From Nostoc sp. (GTDB taxonomy: Bacteria; Cyanobacteriota; Cyanobacteriia; Cyanobacteriales; Nostocaceae): DNA of 64,000 bases. Of the stretch, positions 53,148-63,152 are shown one piece after another. The position numbers and the translations under genes were made by a program. Within the stretch, counting starts at the first letter, position 1. Each line of letters opens with the position of its first letter. The notes beneath the pieces were generated by a model. It was not told the origin of the DNA. It saw only the letters and a list, made by a program, of their open reading frames with translations, and did not search any database. The stretch covers positions 29,559 through 93,558 of the forward strand of contig JBALDB010000027.1 of the NCBI GenBank assembly GCA_036918135.1, written 5' to 3'.

Positions 53148-53492
53148 ATGAGTAACTCATCCAATCGTGTCTCAGAATTTTTCAATAGCGAATCAGAAAC
53201 TAGCGATTTACTATGGCAGTATGTTAAATCCTTGAGTCCTGAGACAGTTACCCAATTATCTAAACCAACTTCTGCTGAAGTTTTTCAAGTGATGGAACGT
53301 AATATTACGGGACTATTGGGAAACTTGCCTTCTGAAAACTTTGGTGTTGCTGTAACCACTAGTCGCGAAAGTCTAGGTCGGCTTTTAGCCTCTGCTATGA
53401 TTAGCGGTTATTTCTTGCGTAACGCTGAGCAGAGAATGAATTTTGAAATGGCCTTACAAGGAACTGAAACCGACAATAGTAATATTGACTAA
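53148..53492 (+). CDS. DUF760 family protein
   Basis: LWQYVKSLSPE, LLGNLPSENF and LASAMISGYFLRNAEQR. Confidence 0.88.
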   Translation: MSNSSNRVSEFFNSESETSDLLWQYVKSLSPETVTQLSKPTSAEVFQVMERNITGLLGNLPSENFGVAVTTSRESLGRLLASAMISGYFLRNAEQRMNFEMALQGTETDNSNID

Positions 53493-53495
53493 AAA

Positions 53496-53602
53496 TATTA
53501 CAGCAGAATCCAGGAGTCAGAATTGGCGAGTAAAACAGGCTTTACAGAAGGGTTTAAGGTTAATGCTTGTATACTTGACCTTAGCTTAAATCTGCTGTAA
53601 TA
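53496..53602. mobile_element. MITE-like remnant with 12-bp terminal inverted repeat
   Basis: TATTACAGCAGA ... TCTGCTGTAATA. Confidence 0.55.
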
Positions 53603-54036
53603 CTTGGGGAACTCAATTTTGTTGAGCTGAAGTCAAAAGTTATGGCTACACGATTAGAAAAATAGCCTTGTGTAAATCCCGATTCAGAATTTCCAATCAT
53701 GCATCAAGTCAATAGATATTTGACAAGCTCCAAATGATAAGCAAATTTGGATGGAAATTGAGATTTCAAAAGTCCAGAGTAACGCAGAATTTTTTAATTC
53801 GTTTTTCTCTAAACCTACATAAATTAGGAATTAGTGAAAGTAGAGGTATATTTTTAAATGAACAATTAAAAACTTGTGCATAAACAAATAGCGGTAGTCA
53901 ATATTGGTAATCAATACAAACTCGGCATGGTAAAAAGTAGTCTGCCGAGTTTTGTTATAGAGCATTGAGCATTGGGAGTTAGAAGTTAAAAGTTACTTTC
54001 CCTGCACACTCCCTATAGTCGCCAATTTTATAAACT

Positions 54037-54453
54037 ATGAGTCAAACCAGTTCTTCCCCAGCTCACAAAATCATTGGTGTTGCCGTAATTTGGAATGACC
54101 AAAAGCAAATCTTAATTGACCGTCGTCGTCCAGAAGGAATGATGGGTGGTTTGTGGGAATTTCCTGGTGGAAAAATTGAGCTCGGTGAAACCATCCAAGA
54201 GTGCATTCAGCGAGAAATTTATGAAGAACTGCGAATAGTGATTGAAGTGGGGGAGCATTTAATCACAATTGACCACACCTATACAGAGTTGCGCGTTACC
54301 CTCACAGTACATCACTGCCGCTATCTCACAGGTGTTCCTCAACCTTTAGAATGCGATGAAATTCGCTGGGTAAGCTTGGAAGAACTCGAACAGTTTACTT
54401 TTCCGAAAGCAAATATTCAAATTATTACCGCTCTCAAAGAAAGTGTGGGGTGA
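54037..54453 (+). CDS. mutT: 8-oxo-dGTP diphosphatase (MutT-type NUDIX)
   Basis: GGLWEFPGGKIELGETIQECIQREIYEE and FPKAN. Confidence 0.85.
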   Translation: MSQTSSSPAHKIIGVAVIWNDQKQILIDRRRPEGMMGGLWEFPGGKIELGETIQECIQREIYEELRIVIEVGEHLITIDHTYTELRVTLTVHHCRYLTGVPQPLECDEIRWVSLEELEQFTFPKANIQIITALKESVG

Positions 54454-54597
54454 GACTAAATCCTAACTTCTAACTCTTAACTGAGTACTGTCAATGTCCT
54501 ATTCTAATCCCGTAACAATCTATTAATTGCATCAGGTTGAGTCCCACAATTTTCTACAATAATTCAATGGACTTTGATAAAAGGTGTCAGCAAACAA

Positions 54598-55062
54598 ATG
54601 GCTAAAACCGTTGCCGACGTAATGAGCCGCGACCCGATTGTCGTTCAGGCACAAACTCCACTCAACGAAGCTATCCAAATTCTCGCAGAACGCCACATTG
54701 GTGGAGTGCCTGTTGTGGATGATGTCGGTAAATTGGTAGGCATTATCTCGGAAACTGACTTGATGTGGCAAGAAACTGGTGTGACTCCACCTGCATACAT
54801 CATGTTTCTTGATAGCGTTATCTATTTGAAAAACCCTGCGACGTATGAACGTGACTTGCACAAGGCATTAGGACAAACTGTTGAGGAAGTGATGAGTAAA
54901 AACCCCATCACTATTTCCCCTGAGAAAACTTTAAAGGAAGCTGCTACAGTCATGCACGATCGCAGTGTTCACCGCTTGCCAGTACTTGACAGCACGGGTC
55001 AAGTAATTGGTATCCTCACTCGTGGTGATATTATTCGGGCAATGGCAGCAAGTCAAGATTAG
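54598..55062 (+). CDS. CBS-pair protein
   Basis: TVADVMS, GVPVVD, GIISETDL and GILTRGDI. Confidence 0.92.
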   Translation: MAKTVADVMSRDPIVVQAQTPLNEAIQILAERHIGGVPVVDDVGKLVGIISETDLMWQETGVTPPAYIMFLDSVIYLKNPATYERDLHKALGQTVEEVMSKNPITISPEKTLKEAATVMHDRSVHRLPVLDSTGQVIGILTRGDIIRAMAASQD

Positions 55063-55170
55063 TTACTTGTAATTAGTGATTAGTCAATAGTCAATAGTCA
55101 ATAGTCATTTGACACTTAACTGTTGACTTTTGACTCTTTTTTAATACGTTTGAAAATCAAGGATAATTAA

Positions 55171-55836
55171 ATGAGTATTACTCCAGAGTCTGTTAAGGAA
55201 TTGCTTAGTTCTCAAGATGCGGGCGATCGCTTGCGTGCAGTAAATCAAATCCGTCAACTAGAACCAGCAATTGGCTTTGAATTGATTCAAAGTGCCATTG
55301 GCGATAGCAACGCTCGTGTGCGGTACTCAGCAGTGAGTCAAATGGATACACTTGGAGAACAGAATTTACAGTTATCCTTGGATATCTTGCGCGATCGCTT
55401 GCTCAATGACTCGGAAATAGATGTGCAAGCAGCAGCAGCAGATTGTTTGGGCGCTCTGAAATTACATGAAGCTTTTGAAGATTTAGAGAAACTCTACAAT
55501 TCAACTAATGAATGGCTAATACAATTTAGTATCATTGCTACGCTAGGTGAGTTAGGCGGGCCACGAGCTTTTGAACTACTTAAACAGGCACTCTCTTCAG
55601 ACAATGAATTAATTCAAACTGCGGCTATTAGTTCTTTAGGTGAGTTGGGAGATTTACAAGCAGTTCCTCTTTTAGCTCCCTATGCTACCAACCCAGATTG
55701 GCAAATCCGTTACAGACTGGTACAAGCTTTGACTCATTTGAATAGTACAGAAGCCAAATCTATATTGGAAACTCTGGTTAATGATGATGTAGAAGCGATC
55801 GCTACCGAAGCTAGAAGATATTTGCAGTCTGCTTAA
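55171..55836 (+). CDS. nblB: HEAT-repeat phycobilisome degradation protein NblB
   Basis: GDRLRAVNQ, RVRYSAVSQ, DVQAAAADCLGAL and DWQIRYRL. Confidence 0.8.
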   Translation: MSITPESVKELLSSQDAGDRLRAVNQIRQLEPAIGFELIQSAIGDSNARVRYSAVSQMDTLGEQNLQLSLDILRDRLLNDSEIDVQAAAADCLGALKLHEAFEDLEKLYNSTNEWLIQFSIIATLGELGGPRAFELLKQALSSDNELIQTAAISSLGELGDLQAVPLLAPYATNPDWQIRYRLVQALTHLNSTEAKSILETLVNDDVEAIATEARRYLQSA

Positions 55837-55895
55837 CCCTATACCTTTGACAAGCTAACGATTAAATAGCCCCTTTTTTAACTTTCCATACTCCT

Positions 55896-55927
55896 AAAAC
55901 CCTTTCCCATCTGAAAGGGTTTTTTAT
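55896..55927 (+). terminator. Intrinsic terminator after nblB
   Basis: AAAACCCTTTC-CCATCT-GAAAGGGTTTTTT. Confidence 0.8.
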
Positions 55928-56252
55928 TTTTAGAAGACAGGGTAGAAGAAACACTGTAATTTTATCCGGACTATTGTGATAAAAAACTTTTAATTTTTTA
56001 GTGAAGATAGAGTAAATCAGTATATATAAGTACTAATTACTACTCAAAACTCAAGTATTTTGTATAAAAAATAACTAATAAAAGGTTTGGTTCTAAGAAT
56101 ATTTATATATACCAATCTACTAATAAAGATTATGTAAATTAAGACGCGAGTAAATGCACTTACGTAATTGCCCGGTTAACATACAAATATACAGAAAAAA
56201 TCAAAACAAAAGTTTTGACCTAAAGTATTACTAATCAAAGGAAAAAAGTCTA

Positions 56253-56978
56253 ATGAAAAAGTTAGTTATAGCAACAACACTTGCAGCATCTACTATAGGT
56301 TTAAATCTGATTAATGGTATATCTAAAGCTGAAGCTGCTTCTTTAGTTCCTCCAGTAGAAGGAGAAATTAAACTGACAAATGTTGCTTGTGTTACTGGTA
56401 AATGTATTGATACAACTCCCTATAGTTACACAGTAAGCAGTGAAATTTATAGCCCAGATTATAAGCGAAGTCTATTATTTAGTGATGATAGTTCAACAGT
56501 AAATAATTATGGTTTTGGTATTTCATTTGCTGCACCAGATGCCGGAACTAACACAATTGCAGGCGAAAATTGGTTCCGTCCTGTGGCGATAAAAAATAAC
56601 GGTAAATTACCTGAAAACGGTCAATTAGAAGTTGGTCAGTTCAAGTTTAATTTTACTAGCACAATTAGCGAGTTAGTACTCTCATTCTTTGATGTGGAAG
56701 ATACGGGTACTTCGATTCTGAGCGTTAACGGTGTTGCTTATGGAAAAACAATTACTCCGGGAAGTAACGCTAATATTAAGAAAGTGACCCTGAATAATGT
56801 AAATTCCTTGGAGCTGAAGCTGGGTAATATTGGTGGTAAATTTGCCACTGGTGATGGTGTTCGATTAGATGTCAATCAAACTGTGCCCGAACCAGAAACT
56901 ACTGTAGGACTAGGTGTTTTAGGATTAGCAGCTTTGTTCGGTTTGCAAAAACGTAAAAAAGCCTCACAAGCAGTTTAG
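56253..56978 (+). CDS. LEVG-family PEP-CTERM surface protein
   Basis: Signal peptide, ENGQLEVG motif, VPEPETTVGLGVLGLAALFGLQKRKK sorting signal. Confidence 0.88.
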   Translation: MKKLVIATTLAASTIGLNLINGISKAEAASLVPPVEGEIKLTNVACVTGKCIDTTPYSYTVSSEIYSPDYKRSLLFSDDSSTVNNYGFGISFAAPDAGTNTIAGENWFRPVAIKNNGKLPENGQLEVGQFKFNFTSTISELVLSFFDVEDTGTSILSVNGVAYGKTITPGSNANIKKVTLNNVNSLELKLGNIGGKFATGDGVRLDVNQTVPEPETTVGLGVLGLAALFGLQKRKKASQAV

Positions 56979-57091
56979 TTTTAACCATAGCTGCCCTTCA
57001 ATTAAAGATGAAAAATTCAAACAATAACTAATTTTTGAATTATTAAGTCTTGTATCTATGTTTTAGTAGCAAATCTAATTTGTTGACCGTT

Positions 57092-57146
57092 AAATTGAGT
57101 AGATATAATAACTATTCATACCATTTAGTTATTATCTACTCAATTT
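57092..57146. terminator. Long inverted repeat between convergent genes
   Basis: AAATTGAGTAGATA(TA)ATAACTA ... TAGTTATTATCTACTCAATTT. Confidence 0.65.
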
Positions 57147-57185
57147 TCTTATTTGGGTAAATGAGCGTGAAATTATTAAGAATTT

Positions 57186-57704
57186 CTAAGCACCATATAC
57201 TTGCGGCCAGGTGGTGATTATAAATACTGTTACAGCTGCGATCGCCAATAACCCTTGAATCAAATTTCCAACCAGTGTACCCACGACAATTCCGATACCT
57301 GCTTTAACTGCTAATCCTAATTCACGTCGGTAAAGATACTCACCGATAATTGCTCCTAACAGCGGCCCTAGTAAAATTCCTAACAGGGGGCCTCCAAAAG
57401 GTAAAGTTGGCAATAATCCGAAAAATCCTAGCAGCAAACCAACAATTGCACCAATTTGTCCCCACTTGCTAGCTCCAGCTTGTCTTGCTCCTACATAACT
57501 AGCTAAAAAATCTACGCCGATACTGAGTAACAAAACAATAATTGTCACAATTAATGGAATCTCGATCGCTGCGAAGGAACTGCTAACGATTCCCCAGATA
57601 ATAATTGCAATTAAAATTAAGCTGGCACCCGGAATTGCCGGAACTACAGCGCCGATAATGCCTACAATCATTACAGCAACTAATAGCCAATAAATAATTT
57701 GCAT
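57186..57704 (-). CDS. DUF456 membrane protein
   Basis: GAVVPAIPG, GASKWG and GPLLGAIIGE. Confidence 0.88.
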   Translation of the reverse strand: MQIIYWLLVAVMIVGIIGAVVPAIPGASLILIAIIIWGIVSSSFAAIEIPLIVTIIVLLLSIGVDFLASYVGARQAGASKWGQIGAIVGLLLGFFGLLPTLPFGGPLLGILLGPLLGAIIGEYLYRRELGLAVKAGIGIVVGTLVGNLIQGLLAIAAVTVFIITTWPQVYGA

Positions 57705-58011
57705 AGATAAAACTTTAAATTTCCAAGTTAGTTAGTCATTTGTAGGGTAGCACTGGCGTGCTTCCAGCTAAAAATAATTTATCAAGTAAATCTATCGTAT
57801 TTTCCGAACTGTACCGTTTATGCAGTTTAATGCTTGATATCTTCCTATTCCAATGTCAACCAAATACAATTTTTCAGTTGAATTTGGTATAATCTGTCTC
57901 TAGCTCGCTGTTGGCTCGTCTTGGTGATTAGTTGCTGGGCAAATAGGATTTATACTTTTTAAAAAAACTAAGCAGCAAGTAAAAGCACTTAGCCCTGGGG
58001 ATTATTAATTA

Positions 58012-58917
58012 ATGACGAGAAAAATATTAACTGGACTAAGTTCACAAACCTACGAACACCCTTTCGATCGCAAAGCCTTAGCTTCTTTGCAAAATATGCC
58101 CGGTGTCTCACTGCTACTTAAAAAAATTAACGAGTACGGCATCGATCGCTTACTGAGATTGCAATCCCTCGGTAGTGAAATCAGAATTACGCCCCGTAAT
58201 TTTCCCCAGTTGCATCAGACATTTATAGAAACTTGCCAAATTCTAGATGTTGCTCCGCTACCTGAGTTGTATCTGTTTCGAGGTACAGGACATATTAATA
58301 CCTATATTGTTGGGGTTGAAAAACCCATCGTCGGAATTAATTTAGATGCAATGGAGTGGCTTGGTACGGAAGAGTTACTTTACATTTTGGGACATGAAGT
58401 TGCTCGCATTAAGAGTCAGCACATGGTTTATCACCAAATGGCAATTATGATGCCAACTTTAAAAAACTTGTTGAGCAGTACTACATTGGGGGTTGGCGGC
58501 TTAGTAGCTAGTGGAATGGAATTGGCTTTGTATAATTGGCGGATGATGGCTAAGTTCACTGCGGATCGCGCTGGTTTGTTGGCTTGTCAGGATATTGATG
58601 TCGCAACTACCGCACTCATGAAACTTGCAGGTTTACCAGAAGAGTATTTGACTCCTGCTGTAATTGAAGATTTTGTGACTCAAGGCCGTGAGTTTGCATC
58701 CCACAATCTTGATACTGTGGATCGCGTGACCAAAATATTAAGTTATACCGAATCTGGACTTTCTTGGGTAGTAATGCGAACTGGAGAGTTATTAAAATGG
58801 GTAGATTCTGGAGAGTACGATAAATTAATTCAACAGAAAAATTTAAATACACTCGAACAAAAACAAGGAAATACACCAGAAGAAAAAGAAGGGTGGAATT
58901 TTTTAACTTCTTGGTGA
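58012..58917 (+). CDS. M48-family peptidase homologue with degenerate active site
   Basis: YEHPFD, ILGHEVARIKSQH (HExxH becomes HEVAR), KFTADRAG. Confidence 0.8.
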   Translation: MTRKILTGLSSQTYEHPFDRKALASLQNMPGVSLLLKKINEYGIDRLLRLQSLGSEIRITPRNFPQLHQTFIETCQILDVAPLPELYLFRGTGHINTYIVGVEKPIVGINLDAMEWLGTEELLYILGHEVARIKSQHMVYHQMAIMMPTLKNLLSSTTLGVGGLVASGMELALYNWRMMAKFTADRAGLLACQDIDVATTALMKLAGLPEEYLTPAVIEDFVTQGREFASHNLDTVDRVTKILSYTESGLSWVVMRTGELLKWVDSGEYDKLIQQKNLNTLEQKQGNTPEEKEGWNFLTSW

Positions 58918-59048
58918 TTAAATTTTCAGAAAAAATTCATCTGGTTGCCAATAACAAGACACGTAGTGTTAAGAAAAACTATGTTCTTATTCTAAGCTCA
59001 CACTTTTAAGTGTGGGTTCTTAATGCATAACTTTTGACCTTTGACTTG

Positions 59049-59222
59049 TTACAAACTTAACCTTTTCCTAAGCTCTGCTTCTAGTTGTTCCCCTGTGCTG
59101 ACCACTATCCCAGGCTTGGCTCTCATAATCCGGAGATAATATTGGAAAGCTTCTTCATCCAGGAGATGAGATATTACATATTGCCGTAATTCTACCTCGT
59201 TAAGGCTCAAATAGTCAGTCAT
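59049..59222 (-). CDS. DUF6887-like small protein
   Basis: MTDYLSLNEVELRQYVISHLLDEEAFQYY; ATG overlaps the ancestral stop of the upstream gene. Confidence 0.65.
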   Translation of the reverse strand: MTDYLSLNEVELRQYVISHLLDEEAFQYYLRIMRAKPGIVVSTGEQLEAELRKRLSL

Positions 59223-59395
59223 CTGATGATATTCTCTCAATTACTTAAAATTTCTACTTGGATATTTTCACCTATCAAAATCACGATTCTATTTGTTCTT
59301 TCATCGTACCGAACTAGCTCTATATTCCGTAGCAGATTACTGGCACGAACACAGAAATCAAAGAATGCTTTAAGTTGTTCTCTGGTCGGTTCCAT
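59219..59395 (-). pseudogene. DUF6888-like small protein with premature stop near C-terminus (missed by the ORF track)
   Basis: MEPTREQLKAFFDFCVRASNLLRNIELVRYDERTNRIVILIGENIQVEILSN*ENIIR*. Confidence 0.6.
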
Positions 59396-59452
59396 TATTT
59401 GCTAACAACTTATGTTTTTTGATATTTTGCTGCATTTAAAACTTCATGGGAC

Positions 59453-59679
59453 TAAGCTGATACCCGTCCAGATTGTAAATTTTTGTATTCAGACCGTCCT
59501 TTGTCATTAGTCATGTGTCCTTGGAAATACAAATGACTAAGTACAAAGTCTGTAGACGCTTCTGCGGTAAGGGGGTCGCGGTCTTGGCGGTTTCCTCCGA
59601 GTAGAACTTTGTAAGAGAGAACCAATGACCAATGACAGCCCTGATGATTAAATATACAAATTAAATGCGTAACAGCTTA
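59453..59679. mobile_element. MITE-like element with long imperfect inverted ends
   Basis: TAAGCTGATACCCGTCCAGATTGTA ... TACAAATTAAATGCGTAACAGCTTA, with internal STRR and GCGGTTTCCTCCG hairpin motif. Confidence 0.6.
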
Positions 59680-59737
59680 TTAGCTTTAAATCCTTATTTT
59701 AAGCAGAGATTTCCTCAACTCAAACTTTTCACAAAAT

Positions 59738-60379
59738 CTAAAATTGACCAAGAGTAACAGCTAATTTATCAGCAATTCCTGCAATCCAGTTTTCATCTTG
59801 TTTAGTATAACTGCGAGGAGCATTCGCACCCAAAATCAGCACACCTCGATCGCCAATCGGTTGACAAATTACACCTTGAGTATTCTCAGGTAAATAATCA
59901 AATTCAATCCTACCTGGATATACTTTTAGTGCTACTAGATAAATCGGCTTTTGTTTTTCAAGTACCTGTTTTAAAATTACTCCTGGTACAACTTCAGATT
60001 TGGCAGCTAAAATTCCCCGACGTAACAAAACTTTACCTTGATAAAAAACTACTAGCGATCGCGTTACTGTATTAGTCAACAATAAATGAGATGCCCAGGC
60101 TAATTCAGTTTTTGCAGCTTCTGGTAAGTCTGGTGCTAGTACAAAACCTTCTTCTCCAATTAGTTTTACAGTATCAGGCGATCGCGGCTGTACCTGCTGC
60201 CAAATTAAACCCGTCAAAATTAACACCGCACTCAAAATCACACCCAACACATCACCACGCGCTTGAGATTCGGTTAGTTGCGGTGTCAATAAACGGTTAA
60301 TCAACAAAAGCACAGCGCCTAATCCACCTACAACAATAGGTAAACGCCGCAAAACTCGATTGGGATCGGAATTGGTCAT
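59738..60379 (-). CDS. Cofactor assembly of complex C subunit B (CCB2/CCB4 family)
   Basis: LLLINR, SQARGDVLG, ELAWASHLLL, LKVYPGRIEFDYLPENTQ and RSYTKQDENWI. Confidence 0.82.
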   Translation of the reverse strand: MTNSDPNRVLRRLPIVVGGLGAVLLLINRLLTPQLTESQARGDVLGVILSAVLILTGLIWQQVQPRSPDTVKLIGEEGFVLAPDLPEAAKTELAWASHLLLTNTVTRSLVVFYQGKVLLRRGILAAKSEVVPGVILKQVLEKQKPIYLVALKVYPGRIEFDYLPENTQGVICQPIGDRGVLILGANAPRSYTKQDENWIAGIADKLAVTLGQF

Positions 60380-60511
60380 TGGTCATTTGTCATTTGTCAT
60401 TGGTCATTGCTCAAACAGGGAGTTAGGAGTTATGAGTTAAGAGTAGAGACGCGATTAACCCAAGTCTTTCCAAGAGTTACTCTCCCCCACATTCTCCACA
60501 CTCCCCATCCC

Positions 60512-61240
60512 TCACTCCTCTCCTGGTTCAATAATTCGCTGGAAAAGATAACCAGTACCTCGAGCTGTCAATATTAATTCTGGGTTGCTAGGATCGTCTT
60601 CTAACTTGGCTCTCAACCGGGATATATGCACATCTACTACACGGGTATCCACATGACGTTCTGGTGTGTAACCCCAAACTTCCTGCAAAATCTCTGAACG
60701 AGAAAAAGCTTCTCCAGAGCGACTCACTAACAACTCTAGTAAGCTAAACTCCATACCTGTCAATCGAATTCGCTCGTCACCTTTGTAAACTTGTCGCTTA
60801 TTTGTATCAATTTTAATATTAGCGACATGAATCACACCAGAACTAGGAATGCCAGTAGCACTAGTTTTATCTACTCGTCGCAGCACTGAGCGAATTCGGG
60901 CTTCTAGTTCTTTGGGGGAAAATGGTTTTACTACGTAGTCGTCAGCACCCAATTCTAGCCCAGTGATGCGATCGGCTACATCTCCTAAGGCTGTTAGCAT
61001 AATAATAGGGACATCTGATTCCTTGCGTAATTCTTGACAAACTCCGTAACCGTCTAGCTTTGGCATCATTACATCTAAAACTACTAGGTCGGGATCGGCT
61101 TTGCGAAAAGTATCTAAAGCTTCTTCTCCGTCACCAGCCGTTACCACATCATAGCCAATCATCGAAAGACGTGTTTCCAAAATCCGGCGAATGCTGGCTT
61201 CATCGTCTACTACTAAGATTTTTTCTTTATGACTTTCCAA
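60512..61240 (-). CDS. rpaB: OmpR-family response regulator RpaB (Ycf27)
   Basis: KILVVDDEASIRRILETRLSMIGY and DTRVVDVHISRLR; TTG start. Confidence 0.95.
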   Translation of the reverse strand: MESHKEKILVVDDEASIRRILETRLSMIGYDVVTAGDGEEALDTFRKADPDLVVLDVMMPKLDGYGVCQELRKESDVPIIMLTALGDVADRITGLELGADDYVVKPFSPKELEARIRSVLRRVDKTSATGIPSSGVIHVANIKIDTNKRQVYKGDERIRLTGMEFSLLELLVSRSGEAFSRSEILQEVWGYTPERHVDTRVVDVHISRLRAKLEDDPSNPELILTARGTGYLFQRIIEPGEE

Positions 61241-61410
61241 GTTGCTCGACGCTCCTTCACTAAAAATTTACATGATTAATTTTTAATACCATAATATTAA
61301 GATATCATTCCATAAATTGATTTGGAAAAAGCTCTAACTACCACTATTATTGGATTTTAGTGTTCTCCAAAACTTAAGTAAATATTAAGAATATTTAATA
61401 AGATTTACGA

Positions 61411-62934
61411 ATGGCAAAGCCAAAAAGTTTTTACGTTTGTCACGATTGTGGGGCGGAATCCCCTCAATGGTTTGGTAAGTGTCCAGCCTGTGGAACTTAC
61501 AATTCTCTAGAAGAACAAATCCTGATCCAATCCTCTGTAGATATACTTACTCGTGGAGGAGTAAGTGGTTGGCAAAACACACAAAATAATGGCAAATCCA
61601 CTGCCAAACCTCCTAAACAGCGAGCTTCATTGACATTTGACCAAATTAGCGATCGCCAAGTCACGCGTTGGGAGTCTGGTTATGGAGAATTGGATCGGGT
61701 ACTAGGCGGTGGAGTTGTTCCTGGTTCAATGGTGTTGATTGGTGGCGATCCAGGAATTGGGAAATCTACTTTACTACTGCAAGTATCAAATCAATTAGCA
61801 CAAAGATATCGCATTCTTTATATTTCTGGAGAAGAATCAGGACAGCAAATAAAATTAAGAGCTTCTCGTTTAGGAGTATCAAAACCCCTAAGTCTTGTTA
61901 GTGATAGCAACGAGCCAGTAGCAGAAATCACCAAATCGAAAGCACCAGAAAGCGTAGGAGCCGATTTATATGTATTGCCAGAAACAGATTTAGAAGAAAT
62001 TTTGCGGGAAGTGGAGTCACTCAAACCGAATGTCGCTGTAATTGATAGTATTCAAACAGTGTTTTTTCCCGCCTTAACTTCTGCGCCAGGTTCGGTAGCT
62101 CAGGTACGTGAATGTACTGCGGCTTTGATGAAGGTGGCAAAGCATGAAGATATTACCATGTTGATTGTGGGACACGTCACCAAAGAAGGAGCGATCGCCG
62201 GGCCAAAAGTTTTAGAACATTTAGTAGATACAGTGTTGTATTTTGAAGGCGATCGCTTTGCCTCCCATCGATTATTACGGACTGTGAAAAACCGTTTTGG
62301 GGCAACACATGAAATCGGCATATTTGAAATGGTGTCACATGGACTGCGAGAAGTTCCTAACCCCTCAGAATTATTTTTAGGAAATCGTGACGATCCAGCG
62401 CCAGGTACAGCAATTGTAGTGGCTTGTGAAGGTACTCGCCCGATCGTTGTCGAATTGCAAGCCCTTGTCAGTCCTACCAGCTACCCCTCGCCTCGGCGTG
62501 CAGGTACTGGCGTAGACTACAATCGCTTAGTGCAAATTCTCGCCGTTTTAGAAAAACGCGTGGGGATTCCCATGTCGAAATTAGATTCTTATGTTGCTTC
62601 TGCTGGTGGGTTGAGTGTAGTAGAACCAGCAGTAGATTTAGGAGTAGCAATTGCGATTGTTGCTAGTTTCCGCGATCGCATCGTTGACCCAGGTACAGTA
62701 TTGATTGGGGAAGTTGGCTTAGGCGGACAAGTGCGATCGGTTTCCCAAATGGAACTACGGTTGAAAGAAGCAGCTAAATTGGGATTTAAGAGAGCGATCG
62801 TGCCCAAAGGACAAAAATTTCCCGATTTGAATATTGAGATATTACCAGTCTCTAAAGTAATAGATGCAATTATTGCTGCCATCCCCCATCAAGAACTGAC
62901 AAACGACGATTTAGAACCCGATGAATATGATTAA
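61411..62934 (+). CDS. radA: DNA repair protein RadA/Sms
   Basis: CxxC...CxxC zinc finger, GDPGIGKST, KNRFG, Lon-like C-terminus. Confidence 0.97.
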   Translation: MAKPKSFYVCHDCGAESPQWFGKCPACGTYNSLEEQILIQSSVDILTRGGVSGWQNTQNNGKSTAKPPKQRASLTFDQISDRQVTRWESGYGELDRVLGGGVVPGSMVLIGGDPGIGKSTLLLQVSNQLAQRYRILYISGEESGQQIKLRASRLGVSKPLSLVSDSNEPVAEITKSKAPESVGADLYVLPETDLEEILREVESLKPNVAVIDSIQTVFFPALTSAPGSVAQVRECTAALMKVAKHEDITMLIVGHVTKEGAIAGPKVLEHLVDTVLYFEGDRFASHRLLRTVKNRFGATHEIGIFEMVSHGLREVPNPSELFLGNRDDPAPGTAIVVACEGTRPIVVELQALVSPTSYPSPRRAGTGVDYNRLVQILAVLEKRVGIPMSKLDSYVASAGGLSVVEPAVDLGVAIAIVASFRDRIVDPGTVLIGEVGLGGQVRSVSQMELRLKEAAKLGFKRAIVPKGQKFPDLNIEILPVSKVIDAIIAAIPHQELTNDDLEPDEYD

Positions 62935-63152
62935 CGGGACTGGGAAGATAACGAAGATGTGGTTAGGCTTCGCGGTAGTTGAATCTCGACTTCGCTCGAT
63001 TTTTGCGTAGTCGAAACTTACCAACTGGGAGATGAGGGAGCAAAGAGGAGAATTCCTAACTCTTGGAAAGACTTGGGTTGACCCTTGTCTCTACTCCTAA
63101 TTCCTCAGTAAACACTCAACAATCCCCTTTACACACCAAAGGAAAACCCATC

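Noticed and set aside
61371..61411. About 10-nt periodic TTAA/TTAC motifs between rpaB and radA as RpaB sites
   Set aside because: Too degenerate in AT-rich DNA to support without data.
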